Notes: a model not told the origin generated them from the sequence alone. A stretch of 64,000 nt of DNA from an uncultured Acidobacteriota bacterium (GCA_963812185.1 CAWEUE010000005.1:32405-96404), one strand, 5' to 3'. Positions 42,074-51,325 are shown, counted from the first letter of the stretch. Numbers and translations are program-made.

Positions 42074-42175
42074 GCCTACCTGCCGCTGCCGGCCGCGTCG
42101 GCCGCGCGCGGCTACTACCCGTACGTCGGCATGCAGCCGCACGACTCGGCGTGGATCATCCCCCGGCGGCCGTAG
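42074..42175 (+). pseudogene. orphan 3' fragment of a GNAT paralog
   Basis: It encodes ...[32 protein letters not shown], compared with the intact gene end ...[32 protein letters not shown] at 40993. Confidence 0.7.
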
Positions 42176-42204
42176 CAGGGTCAGCGCCGGGCCGCCGCCT
42201 CGAA

Positions 42205-42419
42205 GGGCTTGAGCCCTGCGCCGTGCGGCGCAGACCTGAAGGTCTGCGCTACGTACGGAAGATGGTACGTAGCGCAGGGCTTCAGCCCTGCGTCGTGCGG
42301 CGCAGACCTGAAGGTCTGCGCTACGTACGGAAGATGGTACGTAGCGCAGGGCTTCAGCCCTGCGTCGTGCGGCGCAGACCTGAAGGTCTGCGCTACGTAC
42401 GGAAGATGGTCTGCGCTAC
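42205..42419. repeat. tandem array of a 72-bp unit (2 full copies + 62 nt + restart), each unit made of three perfect hairpins
   Basis: Units run 42205-42276, 42277-42348 and 42349-42410. The three hairpins are CGCAGGGC-TTCA-GCCCTGCG, GCGCAGACC-TGAA-GGTCTGCGC and CTACGTAC-GGAAGATG-GTACGTAG. The acylase stop codon (42416-42418) lies inside the last partial unit. Confidence 0.9.
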
Positions 42420-44845
42420 TTCTCCGGCTGCAGGTCCAGCCGCAACTCGGTGACCGACTCGACCTTGCCCCGGCTGAAGAAGATCGGGAAGTAGCGGCCG
42501 CGCGACCAGAGCCGATAGAGGTCGCGGTAGTGCGGGTCGTTCACGTCGCCCGACTGCCCCGGGTTGTTGAGCCCGACGGAGTTGTCCCAGTCGCTCGCGT
42601 CCGCGATGATCTTGAACGACCCGCCGGAGCGCTGGTTGTCGGTGCTGCCCGTGGCGTCGATGGTGTAGCTGTCACCGCTGCGCGGCTCGTGGCCGACGTC
42701 GTATTTCGCGCGTTGGTCCGCGTTCAGGGCGGGGCTCAGCGGGTGATGGATGAGCGCGCGATGGTACGCGCCGAGCGTCCACTTCGCCGGGTCCGGCCCG
42801 AACCGCTTCGTCAGCTCGTCCACGCTCTCGACGAGGCTCCGCTCCAGCAGCGCGTCCCGCCCGGCCGTCGGGTCGTCGCCGAACCGGCCGTCGGGCGCCT
42901 GCATCCAGCCGATGACCTTGGTGAGGCCGGGCGTCCCGATGAAGGCCCGCGCCTTCTCCGGCACCACCACGTCTCTCACGTCCGCCTGGAGGTGGCGCTG
43001 CCACTGCTCGTAGATGCCGGCCGCCACCGAGTCCTTGTCGAGCACGTCGTCCCAGTCGAGCAGGCGCCGGCGCGCGTCCTCGGCGCGCGCGTCCTTCATC
43101 GGCAGGTCGCGCAGGAGCGGCACCAGCGACCGCGCGGGGATCGACAGCACGTCGTTCTGCAGCTGCACCATGTCCGCCACGGTGAAGCGCCGGCCCGACC
43201 CCAGCACCTCGGCGACGCGCGACGCGCGGAACGCATCGGCCCAGAGATAGTGCATGGCCGCCGGATACGGATAGTCCGGCGGCATCAGGTATTCATTGGA
43301 CGTGTTCCAGAAACCCTGGGCCGGATTGACGACGTGGGGGAGCGCCTCGATGGGGAGGTAGCCGTCCCACTCGTAGCGGCCGTCGCCCGGCACCGGGACC
43401 AGCCCGCTCCAGTGGCGGCGCAGCGGCTCGATGCCGACGGCCTGGTAGCCGATCGTGCCGTCCACGCCGGCCCACACCATGTTCTCGGCGGGGATCCGGC
43501 TGTAGCTGCAGGCGTCGCGGAATTCCTTCCAGTCGCGCGCCTGGTCCATGCGCAGGCTCGCCAGGTACGGCGCCGATCCAATCTCCATCCACGCGGCGCG
43601 CACGGCGTACGCCTTGTGGTGCGCCGTGTCCTCGTAGATCACGGGCCCGTGGCGCGTGTACTTCAGGTCCACCGTCGCCGGCGCCCGCCCCTTCACCGCG
43701 ATCGTGTCCTTGACGACGCGCATCGGCTCCCACGCGCCCTGGTACCTGTACTCGAGCGGGTTGGCGGGGTTCGTGTCGTAGACGTACAGGTCCTCGTTGT
43801 CGTTGCCGAAGACCGTCAGCCCCCACGCGCCGTACTGGTTGTGGCCGATCGACACGCCCGGCAGCGCCGGCTCGCCGCCGCCGATCACGTCCCAGCCCGG
43901 CGCGACGAGGTGCACCCAGTAGCGCAGCGACGGCACCTGCTGCACGCGATGCGGGTCGTTCGCCATCATGGGCAGGCGGCTGGCCGTGCGGCGGCCGGCG
44001 ACGATCCAGTTGTTGCTCCCGATGTCGCGCCGCGCCGCGCGCGGGTCCGCCGCCCAGGCGCCGCTCGCTTCGTCCAGCCGCGCGACCGCGCCGGCGCCTC
44101 CTCTGTACTGCGGCGCGAGCTCGTCCGGCGTGAACCGGATCGGCCGGCGGAAGGCGTTGTAGAGGTCGAGGACGTGGTTCGTGAGCAGGCCGGCGTCGAT
44201 CGCCGGGTCCAGGTCCAGCACGGGGTTCGGCGGCTGGAAGTGCTCGAGGTCCTTCACGCCGTCGGCGCCGAGCAGGTCGACCGCCCGCGCCATCGGGATC
44301 TCCTCGGTGACGTTCTCGAGCAGGCCGTTGAAGCGCGAAATCACGACGGCGGGCGTCCAGTGGCCCGGCGTGACGCCGAGCATGGCGAACTCGGGCGTCA
44401 GCAGGCTCGGGTCCTTCCGCGTGCGGTCGATGTAGGCGTTGATGCCGTCGACGAACGCGCCGACGATCGCCGCGCCGCGCGGGTGGTACCAGGCCAGTTC
44501 CTGCGCGAGGTCGCCGCGGAACATGAAGAGGCGCGTGCCCCGGTCGCGCTCGATCTCGGCCGGCCCGAGGATCTCGGCCACGGTGCCCGTCGCCTGGCGC
44601 CGCCACAGCTCGAGCTGGAACAGGCGGTCGCGCGCCACGTTGTAGCCCTGGGCGAAGAACAGGTCGTGCTCGCTCTTCGCGTAGATGTGCGAGACGCCCC
44701 AGCGGTCCTTCAGGATCTCGACGGGCTGCTCGAGGCCGGCCGCCTGCAGCGTCTGCGACGCGGGCGGCGCGGGCGCCGCGGCCGACAGCGGGACGAGCGT
44801 GACGGCCAGCGCGAGGAACCGGCAGGTGAGCTTCGTGATTCGCAT
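42416..44845 (-). CDS. penicillin acylase family (Ntn hydrolase, S45) protein, secreted
   Basis: It has a signal peptide, RDRLFQLELWRR, and GSNNWIVAGRRT (nucleophile Ser). It is intact over 809 aa. Confidence 0.85.
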   Translation of the reverse strand: MRITKLTCRFLALAVTLVPLSAAAPAPPASQTLQAAGLEQPVEILKDRWGVSHIYAKSEHDLFFAQGYNVARDRLFQLELWRRQATGTVAEILGPAEIERDRGTRLFMFRGDLAQELAWYHPRGAAIVGAFVDGINAYIDRTRKDPSLLTPEFAMLGVTPGHWTPAVVISRFNGLLENVTEEIPMARAVDLLGADGVKDLEHFQPPNPVLDLDPAIDAGLLTNHVLDLYNAFRRPIRFTPDELAPQYRGGAGAVARLDEASGAWAADPRAARRDIGSNNWIVAGRRTASRLPMMANDPHRVQQVPSLRYWVHLVAPGWDVIGGGEPALPGVSIGHNQYGAWGLTVFGNDNEDLYVYDTNPANPLEYRYQGAWEPMRVVKDTIAVKGRAPATVDLKYTRHGPVIYEDTAHHKAYAVRAAWMEIGSAPYLASLRMDQARDWKEFRDACSYSRIPAENMVWAGVDGTIGYQAVGIEPLRRHWSGLVPVPGDGRYEWDGYLPIEALPHVVNPAQGFWNTSNEYLMPPDYPYPAAMHYLWADAFRASRVAEVLGSGRRFTVADMVQLQNDVLSIPARSLVPLLRDLPMKDARAEDARRRLLDWDDVLDKDSVAAGIYEQWQRHLQADVRDVVVPEKARAFIGTPGLTKVIGWMQAPDGRFGDDPTAGRDALLERSLVESVDELTKRFGPDPAKWTLGAYHRALIHHPLSPALNADQRAKYDVGHEPRSGDSYTIDATGSTDNQRSGGSFKIIADASDWDNSVGLNNPGQSGDVNDPHYRDLYRLWSRGRYFPIFFSRGKVESVTELRLDLQPEK

Positions 44846-44981
44846 CGGATGGGCCCTTCCTTCTGTGCGCGCGGGAGACGTGAAGTGGGCCGATTATTCG
44901 GGCGGGGCGCGAGGGTGTCAAGCGACTGGCGCGGCTGAGGCCGGCGTCGCGCGCTCGATCCTAGGGTGGGCTCCGACGGCG

Positions 44982-44990
44982 TGATATACT
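44982..44990 (+). promoter_or_regulatory. extended -10 promoter TGATATACT for the RRM gene (implies a ~215-nt leader)
   Basis: The GTGNTATACTG context is the same as upstream of both csp genes. Confidence 0.4.
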
Positions 44991-45211
44991 GTTCGAGTCA
45001 GGTTGGATAGCGCATTTCCGCACTGCCCCGCGTCAGAGTCGAACCGAGCCTCACCCCCTCGTTTTTGCCCACGCACGGCATCAGTTCTGGAAGGGCCTTT
45101 CTCCATCCCGCTCGAGATCCGATTCCGGATGCTCGGCGATTGCACACCGATGAACGGGCGTTGACGGTCCGCCATCGAAACCTCCCGCACGAGCGGGCAG
45201 GAGAGTGACCC

Positions 45212-45523
45212 ATGGCTCGTAAGCTCTACGTAGGAAACCTGCCGTACGAAGTCGGCGAAACGGACCTCCAGCAGCTGTTCGCGGAGGCCGGGACCGTCGA
45301 GAGCGTGAACATCATGCGCGACATGTCCACCGGCCGCGCGCGCGGGTTCGCGTTCGTCGAGATGGCCTCCGACGAGGACGCCGGGAAGGCGATCGCCCAG
45401 TTCAACGACTACCAGATGGGCGGGCGCAACCTCACGGTCAACGAGGCGCGGCCGAAGCCGGAGCGGTCGGGCGGGTTCGGCGGCGGCGGCGGAAATCGCC
45501 GCCGGTCCGAGCCGCGCTGGTAG
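45212..45523 (+). CDS. RRM-type (RNP-1) RNA-binding protein with Gly/Arg tail
   Basis: KLYVGNLPY (RNP2), RGFAFVEM (RNP1), and a C-terminal GGFGGGGGNRRR. Confidence 0.9.
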   Translation: MARKLYVGNLPYEVGETDLQQLFAEAGTVESVNIMRDMSTGRARGFAFVEMASDEDAGKAIAQFNDYQMGGRNLTVNEARPKPERSGGFGGGGGNRRRSEPRW

Positions 45524-45545
45524 CGCGCCGCTGACCACACCAGTT

Positions 45546-45604
45546 GGGGGCGGTTCTTCCGCCGCGCCGCATGGGCGCGCACCGGAAGGACCGCCCCCTT
45601 TCTT
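45546..45604 (+). terminator. rho-independent terminator
   Basis: GGGGGCGGT...ACCGCCCCC is the outer stem, with internal CTTCCG/CGGAAG pairing, followed by TTTCTT. It lies 22 nt after the stop. Confidence 0.75.
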
Positions 45605-45715
45605 CGTACGACGGGGCACAAAACCTGCACAGGGACGAGGTTTGGCCGATAATCGTTGAGAAGGCCCGACATCGATGAAACCAAGCCCGCGCTCCCGCCC
45701 CGGGGCCGCACGGCC

Positions 45716-47368
45716 ATGAAGTGGATCCGGCCCCTGCCCCGCCGCGTCACCGCACCGCTGAGCGTCCTCGTCCTCGTGGCCTGGGCGGTCCAGATGGCCG
45801 CGCTGGTCGACCGGTCCTACCTGCAGGCCTCGGTGAGCCTCGCCGCCGATCTGGGCCGCTACGGATCGGACGCCGAGTGGCACGGCGTCTACTACCGCGG
45901 CGCGAAGATCGGATTCACCGTCAGCCAGATCGTTCCTCGAGACGACGGGTTCGAGCTGCAGGAGGACGGGCGGCTGGAGATGACGCTGCTCGGCGCGACG
46001 GCCGCCGCGAAGATCCGCACGACCGCGCGCGTGGACCGGGCGTTCGTGCTCCGCTCGTTCGAGTTCTCGCTCGATCCCGGAACCGGTCCGGTGGCCGTCG
46101 CCGGCCGCGTCGAGCGCGCCGGCCCGGACGCGGCCCGGCCGTGGACGCTCGTGCTCGACATCACGTCATCGGGCGCGACGCGGACCGAGTCGCGCGGCCT
46201 CGACGAGCCGCCCCTGCTGACGCTCAACCTGGGCCGGCGCCTGGCGAGCGCGGGACTCACGACCGGCGCCCGGTACCGGTGGATGGCGTTCGATCCGGCC
46301 ACGCTCAGAAACGCGCCCGTCGTGCTCGAGGTGGGACGCCGTGAGCTGGTGCGCGTGGGCGACGTGCCGACCCCCGCGTTTCGCGTCGCGCTCGAGTTCG
46401 CGGGACTGCGCACGACCTCCTGGGTCACCGACACCGGCGATGTGGTGCGCGAGGAGAGCCCGCTGGGGCTCCTGACCGTCCGCGAGCCCGCGTCGACAGC
46501 CACCGTCATGGCCGTGTCCGGCCAGGTGCAGGCCGATCTGCTCAGGGCCGCCGCGGTGGTGCCGGCGACCGGCACGCCCTTCGACGAGCCGCGCAACGTG
46601 CTGCGGATGCGCCTGCGTCTGGACGGCGCCGATCTCTCGAGCCCCGATCTGACCGGCGCCGGCCAGACCGTGGACGGGGACACCATCGAGATCGTCAATC
46701 CGACGAGCCTGACGCCCGGACCGGCGGATCCCGACGCGGCGCGCTACCTCGCGCCGGAGCCGTTCATCGAGAGCGACGCGCCCGAGATCCGCGCCGAGGC
46801 CCGGAAGGCCGCGGGAGACGCCACGGACCGCCGGGTGCAGGCCGAGCGGCTCACCCGGTACGTCAACGGCCTCCTCGACAAGAAGCCGACGATCGGCCTG
46901 CCCTCGGCCCTCGAGGTGCTGCGCACGAAGGTCGGCGACTGCAACGAGCACACCGCGCTCTACGTGGCGATGGCCCGCGCGCTGGGCATCCCCGCGCGCA
47001 TCGCCGTCGGCCTGGCCTACGTGCGCGGCGCGTTCTACTACCACGCGTGGCCGGAGGTGTACCTCGAGGAGCCGGACGGCCGGGGCCTGTGGCTGCCCGT
47101 CGATCCGACGTTCAACGAGTTTCCCGCCGATGCCACGCACGTGCGGCTGGCGCGCGGCGGGCTCGACAAGCAGACGGTCATCCTGCCGCTCATCGGACGT
47201 CTGAAGATGACGATCGTCGAGCTGGATCTGGTTCCCGGGTCGACGCCGATCGTGGTCGGCGCGCCGTCACCGGCGGCGCCGGCGTTCGCGCTGCCCGCGC
47301 TCCCGCTGCCCGCGTCGGGGCGCAAGTCGGACGGATGGTGCGGCTTCCGCTGGTGCTGCGGGAAGTAG
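45716..47368 (+). CDS. transglutaminase-like cysteine protease domain protein with N-terminal anchor
   Basis: GDCNEHTALYVAMARALGIPARIAVG...YYHAWPEVYL (Cys-His core). Confidence 0.8.
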   Translation: MKWIRPLPRRVTAPLSVLVLVAWAVQMAALVDRSYLQASVSLAADLGRYGSDAEWHGVYYRGAKIGFTVSQIVPRDDGFELQEDGRLEMTLLGATAAAKIRTTARVDRAFVLRSFEFSLDPGTGPVAVAGRVERAGPDAARPWTLVLDITSSGATRTESRGLDEPPLLTLNLGRRLASAGLTTGARYRWMAFDPATLRNAPVVLEVGRRELVRVGDVPTPAFRVALEFAGLRTTSWVTDTGDVVREESPLGLLTVREPASTATVMAVSGQVQADLLRAAAVVPATGTPFDEPRNVLRMRLRLDGADLSSPDLTGAGQTVDGDTIEIVNPTSLTPGPADPDAARYLAPEPFIESDAPEIRAEARKAAGDATDRRVQAERLTRYVNGLLDKKPTIGLPSALEVLRTKVGDCNEHTALYVAMARALGIPARIAVGLAYVRGAFYYHAWPEVYLEEPDGRGLWLPVDPTFNEFPADATHVRLARGGLDKQTVILPLIGRLKMTIVELDLVPGSTPIVVGAPSPAAPAFALPALPLPASGRKSDGWCGFRWCCGK

Positions 47369-47407
47369 CCAGGGTCGGGTGGCCCAGGTCTCCGACCAGG
47401 GCCGCTC

Positions 47408-47432
47408 TGGCACAGGTCAGAGACCTGTGCCA
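47408..47432. repeat. perfect 11-bp hairpin TGGCACAGGTC-aga-GACCTGTGCCA
   Basis: It lies between the transglutaminase-like stop and the ABC ATPase start, with no U-tract. Confidence 0.5.
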
Positions 47433-47467
47433 CCGGAAGGCGGCGTATGGGGTGGGAACCCCTTGAC

Positions 47468-48220
47468 ATGATTGCAGTGTCCGACCTGGTCAAGACGTTC
47501 GGCGACTTCACCGCCGTCGACGGCGTGACGCTCGAGGCGCGGCCGGGCGAGATCCATGGCTTCCTGGGCCCCAACGGCGCCGGCAAGACGACGACCATCC
47601 AGATGATCGCCGGCCTGCTCAAGCCCACCGCCGGCCGCATCGTCGTCAACGGGCACGATCTGGCCACCGACACCGAGGCGGCCAAGGCCTCGCTCGGCTT
47701 CATCCCCGACCGGCCCTTCATCTACGAGAAGCTCACCGCGGGCGAGTTCCTGCGCTTCCACGGCGGCCTGTACGGCATGGACGGCGACGGCGTGGGCGAG
47801 CGCGTGGCGGAGATGCTCGATCTGTTCGAGCTCGCCGAGTGGGAGGACGAGCTGGTCGAGAGCTTCTCGCACGGCATGCGGCAGCGCCTGGTGATGAGCG
47901 CGGCCTTCCTCCATCGCCCGCGCGCCCTGCTGGTGGACGAGCCGATGGTCGGCCTGGACCCGCGCGGCGCCCGGCTGATCAAGGCCGTGTTCCGCCACAT
48001 GAGCGAGCGCGGGGTGGCCATCCTCATGAGCACGCACACCCTGGAGGTGGCCCAGGAGATGTGCGACCGCATCAGCATCATCGTGAAGGGCCGGATCATC
48101 GCGAGGGGAACCGTCGAAGAGCTGCAGCGGATGGCCGGCAGTCCGGACGCGCAGCTCACGCCGGTGTTCCTCAAGCTGACGGGCGGCAGCGGGCTGCAGG
48201 AGATCGATGAAGCCTTCTAG
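47468..48220 (+). CDS. ABC transporter ATP-binding protein
   Basis: GPNGAGKTTT (Walker A), FSHGMRQRL (signature) and LLVDEP (Walker B) are present. Confidence 0.9.
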   Translation: MIAVSDLVKTFGDFTAVDGVTLEARPGEIHGFLGPNGAGKTTTIQMIAGLLKPTAGRIVVNGHDLATDTEAAKASLGFIPDRPFIYEKLTAGEFLRFHGGLYGMDGDGVGERVAEMLDLFELAEWEDELVESFSHGMRQRLVMSAAFLHRPRALLVDEPMVGLDPRGARLIKAVFRHMSERGVAILMSTHTLEVAQEMCDRISIIVKGRIIARGTVEELQRMAGSPDAQLTPVFLKLTGGSGLQEIDEAF

Positions 48221-49931
48221 CCCCGACGCGCACGGCGCCTTCGCGTTTCCCTACCTGCTCCTGCCAGGCGTGTGGTCGTCCCGCAACCGCGCGCGCCGGC
48301 GCGAGCGGGGCGACCTGGCCCGCGCCCTGCTCTTCGGGGCCGTCGGCCTCGTGGTCTGCGCGACGCTGTTCGCGGGCGCGTTCTGGCTGACCCTGCAGCT
48401 CGACGCCTGGGAGGAGCTCGGCGACTTCCTGCTCCGCCTCGGCCTGTCCTGGGTGTTCCTGGCGGTCCTGTCCTTCCTCGCGTTCAGCGGCGTCGTCACG
48501 GCGCTCTCGACGTTCTTCCTGTCCGAGGACCTGCGTCTGCTGCTGGCCGCCCCGATCGCCGGGCGCCGGCTGTTTCACGCGCGGTTCGTCCGCACGGTGG
48601 GGCAGGCCTCGTGGATGGTCGTCATCTTCCTGATGCCTGTGCTGATGGGCGTGGGCGTGGCGCGGTGCGCGCCGGCCGGCTTCTATCTCACGGCGGCGCT
48701 GACGATCCCGCCCTTCGCCGTCATCCCGGTCGCGCTCGGGAGCGCCGTCACCCTGTTCCTGGTCAACGTGTTCCCGGCCCGGCGCGCGCGCGACATCCTG
48801 ATGCTCATGGGCCTGCTGTTCGCGGCCAGCCTCGTGCTGCTCCTGCGCTACGTGCGGCCGGAACAGCTCCTGCGCGTCGAGTCGCTGCCCGACATCATGG
48901 GCTTCTTCAGGACGCTGCAGTCGCCGATCACACCGCTCCTCCCGTCGTCCTGGGCGGGCGAGGCGCTGTTCGCAGGTCTCAAGGGCGGCTTCGACCTGTT
49001 CCATGGCGGCGCGCTGTGGACCACCGCCCTGGGCATGACGGTGCTGCTCGGCGCGGCCCACGAACGGTGGTACTTCGCCGGCTTCAGCAAGTCCCAGGAG
49101 GCGCGCAAGGCGCGCTTCACGCGGCTGGCGCTCGTCGACCGCGTGGCGCCCCGGCTGCCGCTGTCGGCCGTGCGCCGCCACCTGCTGATCAAGGACCTCA
49201 AGGTCTTCCTGCGGGACGTCACGCAGTGGTCGCAGCTCCTGCTGCTGTGCGCCCTCGTGCTGGTCTACCTGTACAACTTCCGCGTGCTGGACCTCGGGCG
49301 CATTCCGTACATGAGCGGGGTGATCAAGAACGTGTACGCGTTCGTCAACCTGGGCCTGGCCGGCCTGGTGATGGCGACCGTGGCGGTGCGGTTCGTCTTT
49401 CCGGCGGTCTCGGCCGAGGGCGCCGCCTTCTGGATCATTCGCGCCGCGCCGATCTCGCTCGGCGACTTCCTCTGGTCGAAGTTCTGGACGGGACTCGTGC
49501 CGGTGCTGGTCCTGACCGAGGGGCTGACCATCGTGGCCAACGAGCTCATGGGGATCGATCCGTTCCTCAAGGTCGTCACCGCCCTGGCGGTCGTCTTCAT
49601 GAGCCTGGCCCTCGTCGGGCTCGCCACCGGCCTCGGCGCCCGCTATCCGCGCTTCCGCGCCGACAACATCACCGAGGTCGCGGGATCCTACGGCGGGGTC
49701 GCGTTCATGATCGGCGCGGTGCTCTTCCTCGCGATCCTGCTCGTGCTCGTCGGCTGGCCTTCCTCCCTGTACCTCTGGCACCACCTGAGGCACCGGCCGT
49801 TCACAGTCCTCGAGCAGTCCCTCATGGCCGCGTCGCTTCTGGCGGCGGCCGGCGTGAGCCTCGCGACGTGGTGGCTGTCCATGCGGTGGGGCGTGCGCGC
49901 CCTCCAGCAGATGGACCGCACGCCCGTGTGA
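48207..49931 (+). CDS. polytopic ABC exporter permease (putative-ABC-exporter type)
   Basis: It overlaps the ATPase stop by 14 nt, has at least 10 hydrophobic helices, and is intact over 574 aa. Confidence 0.7.
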   Translation: MKPSSPDAHGAFAFPYLLLPGVWSSRNRARRRERGDLARALLFGAVGLVVCATLFAGAFWLTLQLDAWEELGDFLLRLGLSWVFLAVLSFLAFSGVVTALSTFFLSEDLRLLLAAPIAGRRLFHARFVRTVGQASWMVVIFLMPVLMGVGVARCAPAGFYLTAALTIPPFAVIPVALGSAVTLFLVNVFPARRARDILMLMGLLFAASLVLLLRYVRPEQLLRVESLPDIMGFFRTLQSPITPLLPSSWAGEALFAGLKGGFDLFHGGALWTTALGMTVLLGAAHERWYFAGFSKSQEARKARFTRLALVDRVAPRLPLSAVRRHLLIKDLKVFLRDVTQWSQLLLLCALVLVYLYNFRVLDLGRIPYMSGVIKNVYAFVNLGLAGLVMATVAVRFVFPAVSAEGAAFWIIRAAPISLGDFLWSKFWTGLVPVLVLTEGLTIVANELMGIDPFLKVVTALAVVFMSLALVGLATGLGARYPRFRADNITEVAGSYGGVAFMIGAVLFLAILLVLVGWPSSLYLWHHLRHRPFTVLEQSLMAASLLAAAGVSLATWWLSMRWGVRALQQMDRTPV

Positions 49932-50020
49932 TTCGCGCTGCGCCGCTCAGGCGCGGCAAGCCGGCCTCCGGTTTCCGGCCTCCGCCCCCTGGCCTCCGCC
50001 CGCGCTATACTCGCCCCGCC

Positions 50021-51325
50021 ATGCCTGACACCGTGAGCCACGGCGCGCGCGGGCCCCGCACTCCACTCACCGGCAATCAGATCCGCGGCTTCTGGGCGGC
50101 GTGGGCCGGCTGGGCGCTCGACGGGATGGACTCGTTCATCTACGCGCTGGTCCTCGTGCCGGCCATGACCGAGCTCCTGCCGCGCTCGGGCCTCGCGCCG
50201 ACGCCGGCCAACGTCGGCTTCTACGGCAGCGTGCTGTTCGCGCTCTTCCTCGTCGGCTGGGGCCTGTCGATGGCGTGGGGGCCGATCGCCGACCGGTTCG
50301 GGCGCGTGCGCACGCTGATGCTCACGATCCTCTGCTACTCGGTCTTCACCTTCCTGAGCGCGCTCGCCATGAACATCTGGCAGCTCGCCGCGCTGCGCCT
50401 GCTCGCCGGCGTCGGCATCGGCGGCGAGTGGTCGATGGGCGGGACGTTCGTCGCCGAGGAGTGGCCCGAGGACCGCCGCGCGAAGGGCGCCGGCTACATG
50501 CACACGGGCTACTACGTGGGCTTCTTCCTCGCCGCCATCGCCAACTCCACCATCGGCGCGTCGCTCGGCTGGCGCTGGATGTTCGCGGTGGGCGGCCTGC
50601 CGGCGCTCCTCATCGGGTTCATCCGCTACGGCGTGCACGAGTCGAAGCGCTGGGAGGCGAAGGCGTCCCGGGCGCGGCCGTCGCTCGGCCAGGCCTTCGG
50701 CGCGCTCTTCACGCCGAAGTACGTCAAGCGCACGATCCTCAACTCCACCTACCTGCTCGTCTCCATCGTCGGGCTGTGGGCGGGGTCGGTGTACGTGCCG
50801 GCGGCGGTCACGCAGATCGCCGCGCGGGCCGGGCACGCCGCGGCCGAGGCCGCGCGCCTCGCGTCCTACGGGACGATGCTGCTGTCGGTCGGGACGATCC
50901 TCGGATGCGTCGCGCTGCCGCCAATGGCGGATCGGCTGGGGCGCCGGCTGACGCTCGGCGTCTTCTTCCTGCTGATGTTCGCGGGGATCCTGGCGGGCTT
51001 CGGCTACATCTATTACTGGCAGACGGGCGCGCTCGCGTGGTTCATGGCGGACCTGTTCGTGCTGGGGTTCGGCGGCGCGAACTTCGCGATGTACACGTTG
51101 TGGCTGCCCGAGCAGTACGAGACGAGCTGCCGCGCCAGCGCCTTCGCGTTCGCCACCTCGATCGGCCGGTTCGCCGGCGCGGGCATCACCTTCCTCGTGG
51201 GCGCGGGCGTGGCGGCCTACGGCTCCCTCGGCGTGCCGGTCGCGTGGACCGCCGCGGCGTTCGCGATCGGGATCCTGCTCCTGCCCTTCGGCGAGGAGAC
51301 GACGGGGAAGCCGCTGCCGGCCTGA
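50021..51325 (+). CDS. MFS transporter
   Basis: GPIADRFGRVR (motif A-like) and 12 TM-like segments. Confidence 0.85.
   Translation: MPDTVSHGARGPRTPLTGNQIRGFWAAWAGWALDGMDSFIYALVLVPAMTELLPRSGLAPTPANVGFYGSVLFALFLVGWGLSMAWGPIADRFGRVRTLMLTILCYSVFTFLSALAMNIWQLAALRLLAGVGIGGEWSMGGTFVAEEWPEDRRAKGAGYMHTGYYVGFFLAAIANSTIGASLGWRWMFAVGGLPALLIGFIRYGVHESKRWEAKASRARPSLGQAFGALFTPKYVKRTILNSTYLLVSIVGLWAGSVYVPAAVTQIAARAGHAAAEAARLASYGTMLLSVGTILGCVALPPMADRLGRRLTLGVFFLLMFAGILAGFGYIYYWQTGALAWFMADLFVLGFGGANFAMYTLWLPEQYETSCRASAFAFATSIGRFAGAGITFLVGAGVAAYGSLGVPVAWTAAAFAIGILLLPFGEETTGKPLPA

Noticed and set aside
42205-42419. Regularly spaced repeats that could be taken for a CRISPR array
   Set aside because: The 72-bp units are contiguous and nearly identical, with no unique spacers between them. 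Each unit is itself three hairpins, and no cas genes are present in the window.
42022-42453. ORFs encoding a repeated peptide (…[24 protein letters not shown]…), read as a possible repeat protein
   Set aside because: The repeated peptide is simply the translation of the hairpin array. The ORFs run through non-coding palindromes, have no start context, and one continues antisense to the acylase gene.
44991-45062. tRNA-like strings (GGTTGGATAGCGCA, GAGTCGAACC) upstream of the RRM gene
   Set aside because: I could not build a cloverleaf. The putative T-arm flanks are not complementary, and no acceptor stem or anticodon arm can be paired on either strand.
47408-47432. TGGCAC inside the 11-bp hairpin as a sigma-54 promoter for the ABC transporter
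   Set aside because: No TTGC/GC element follows at the correct spacing. The motif is one arm of a perfect palindrome.
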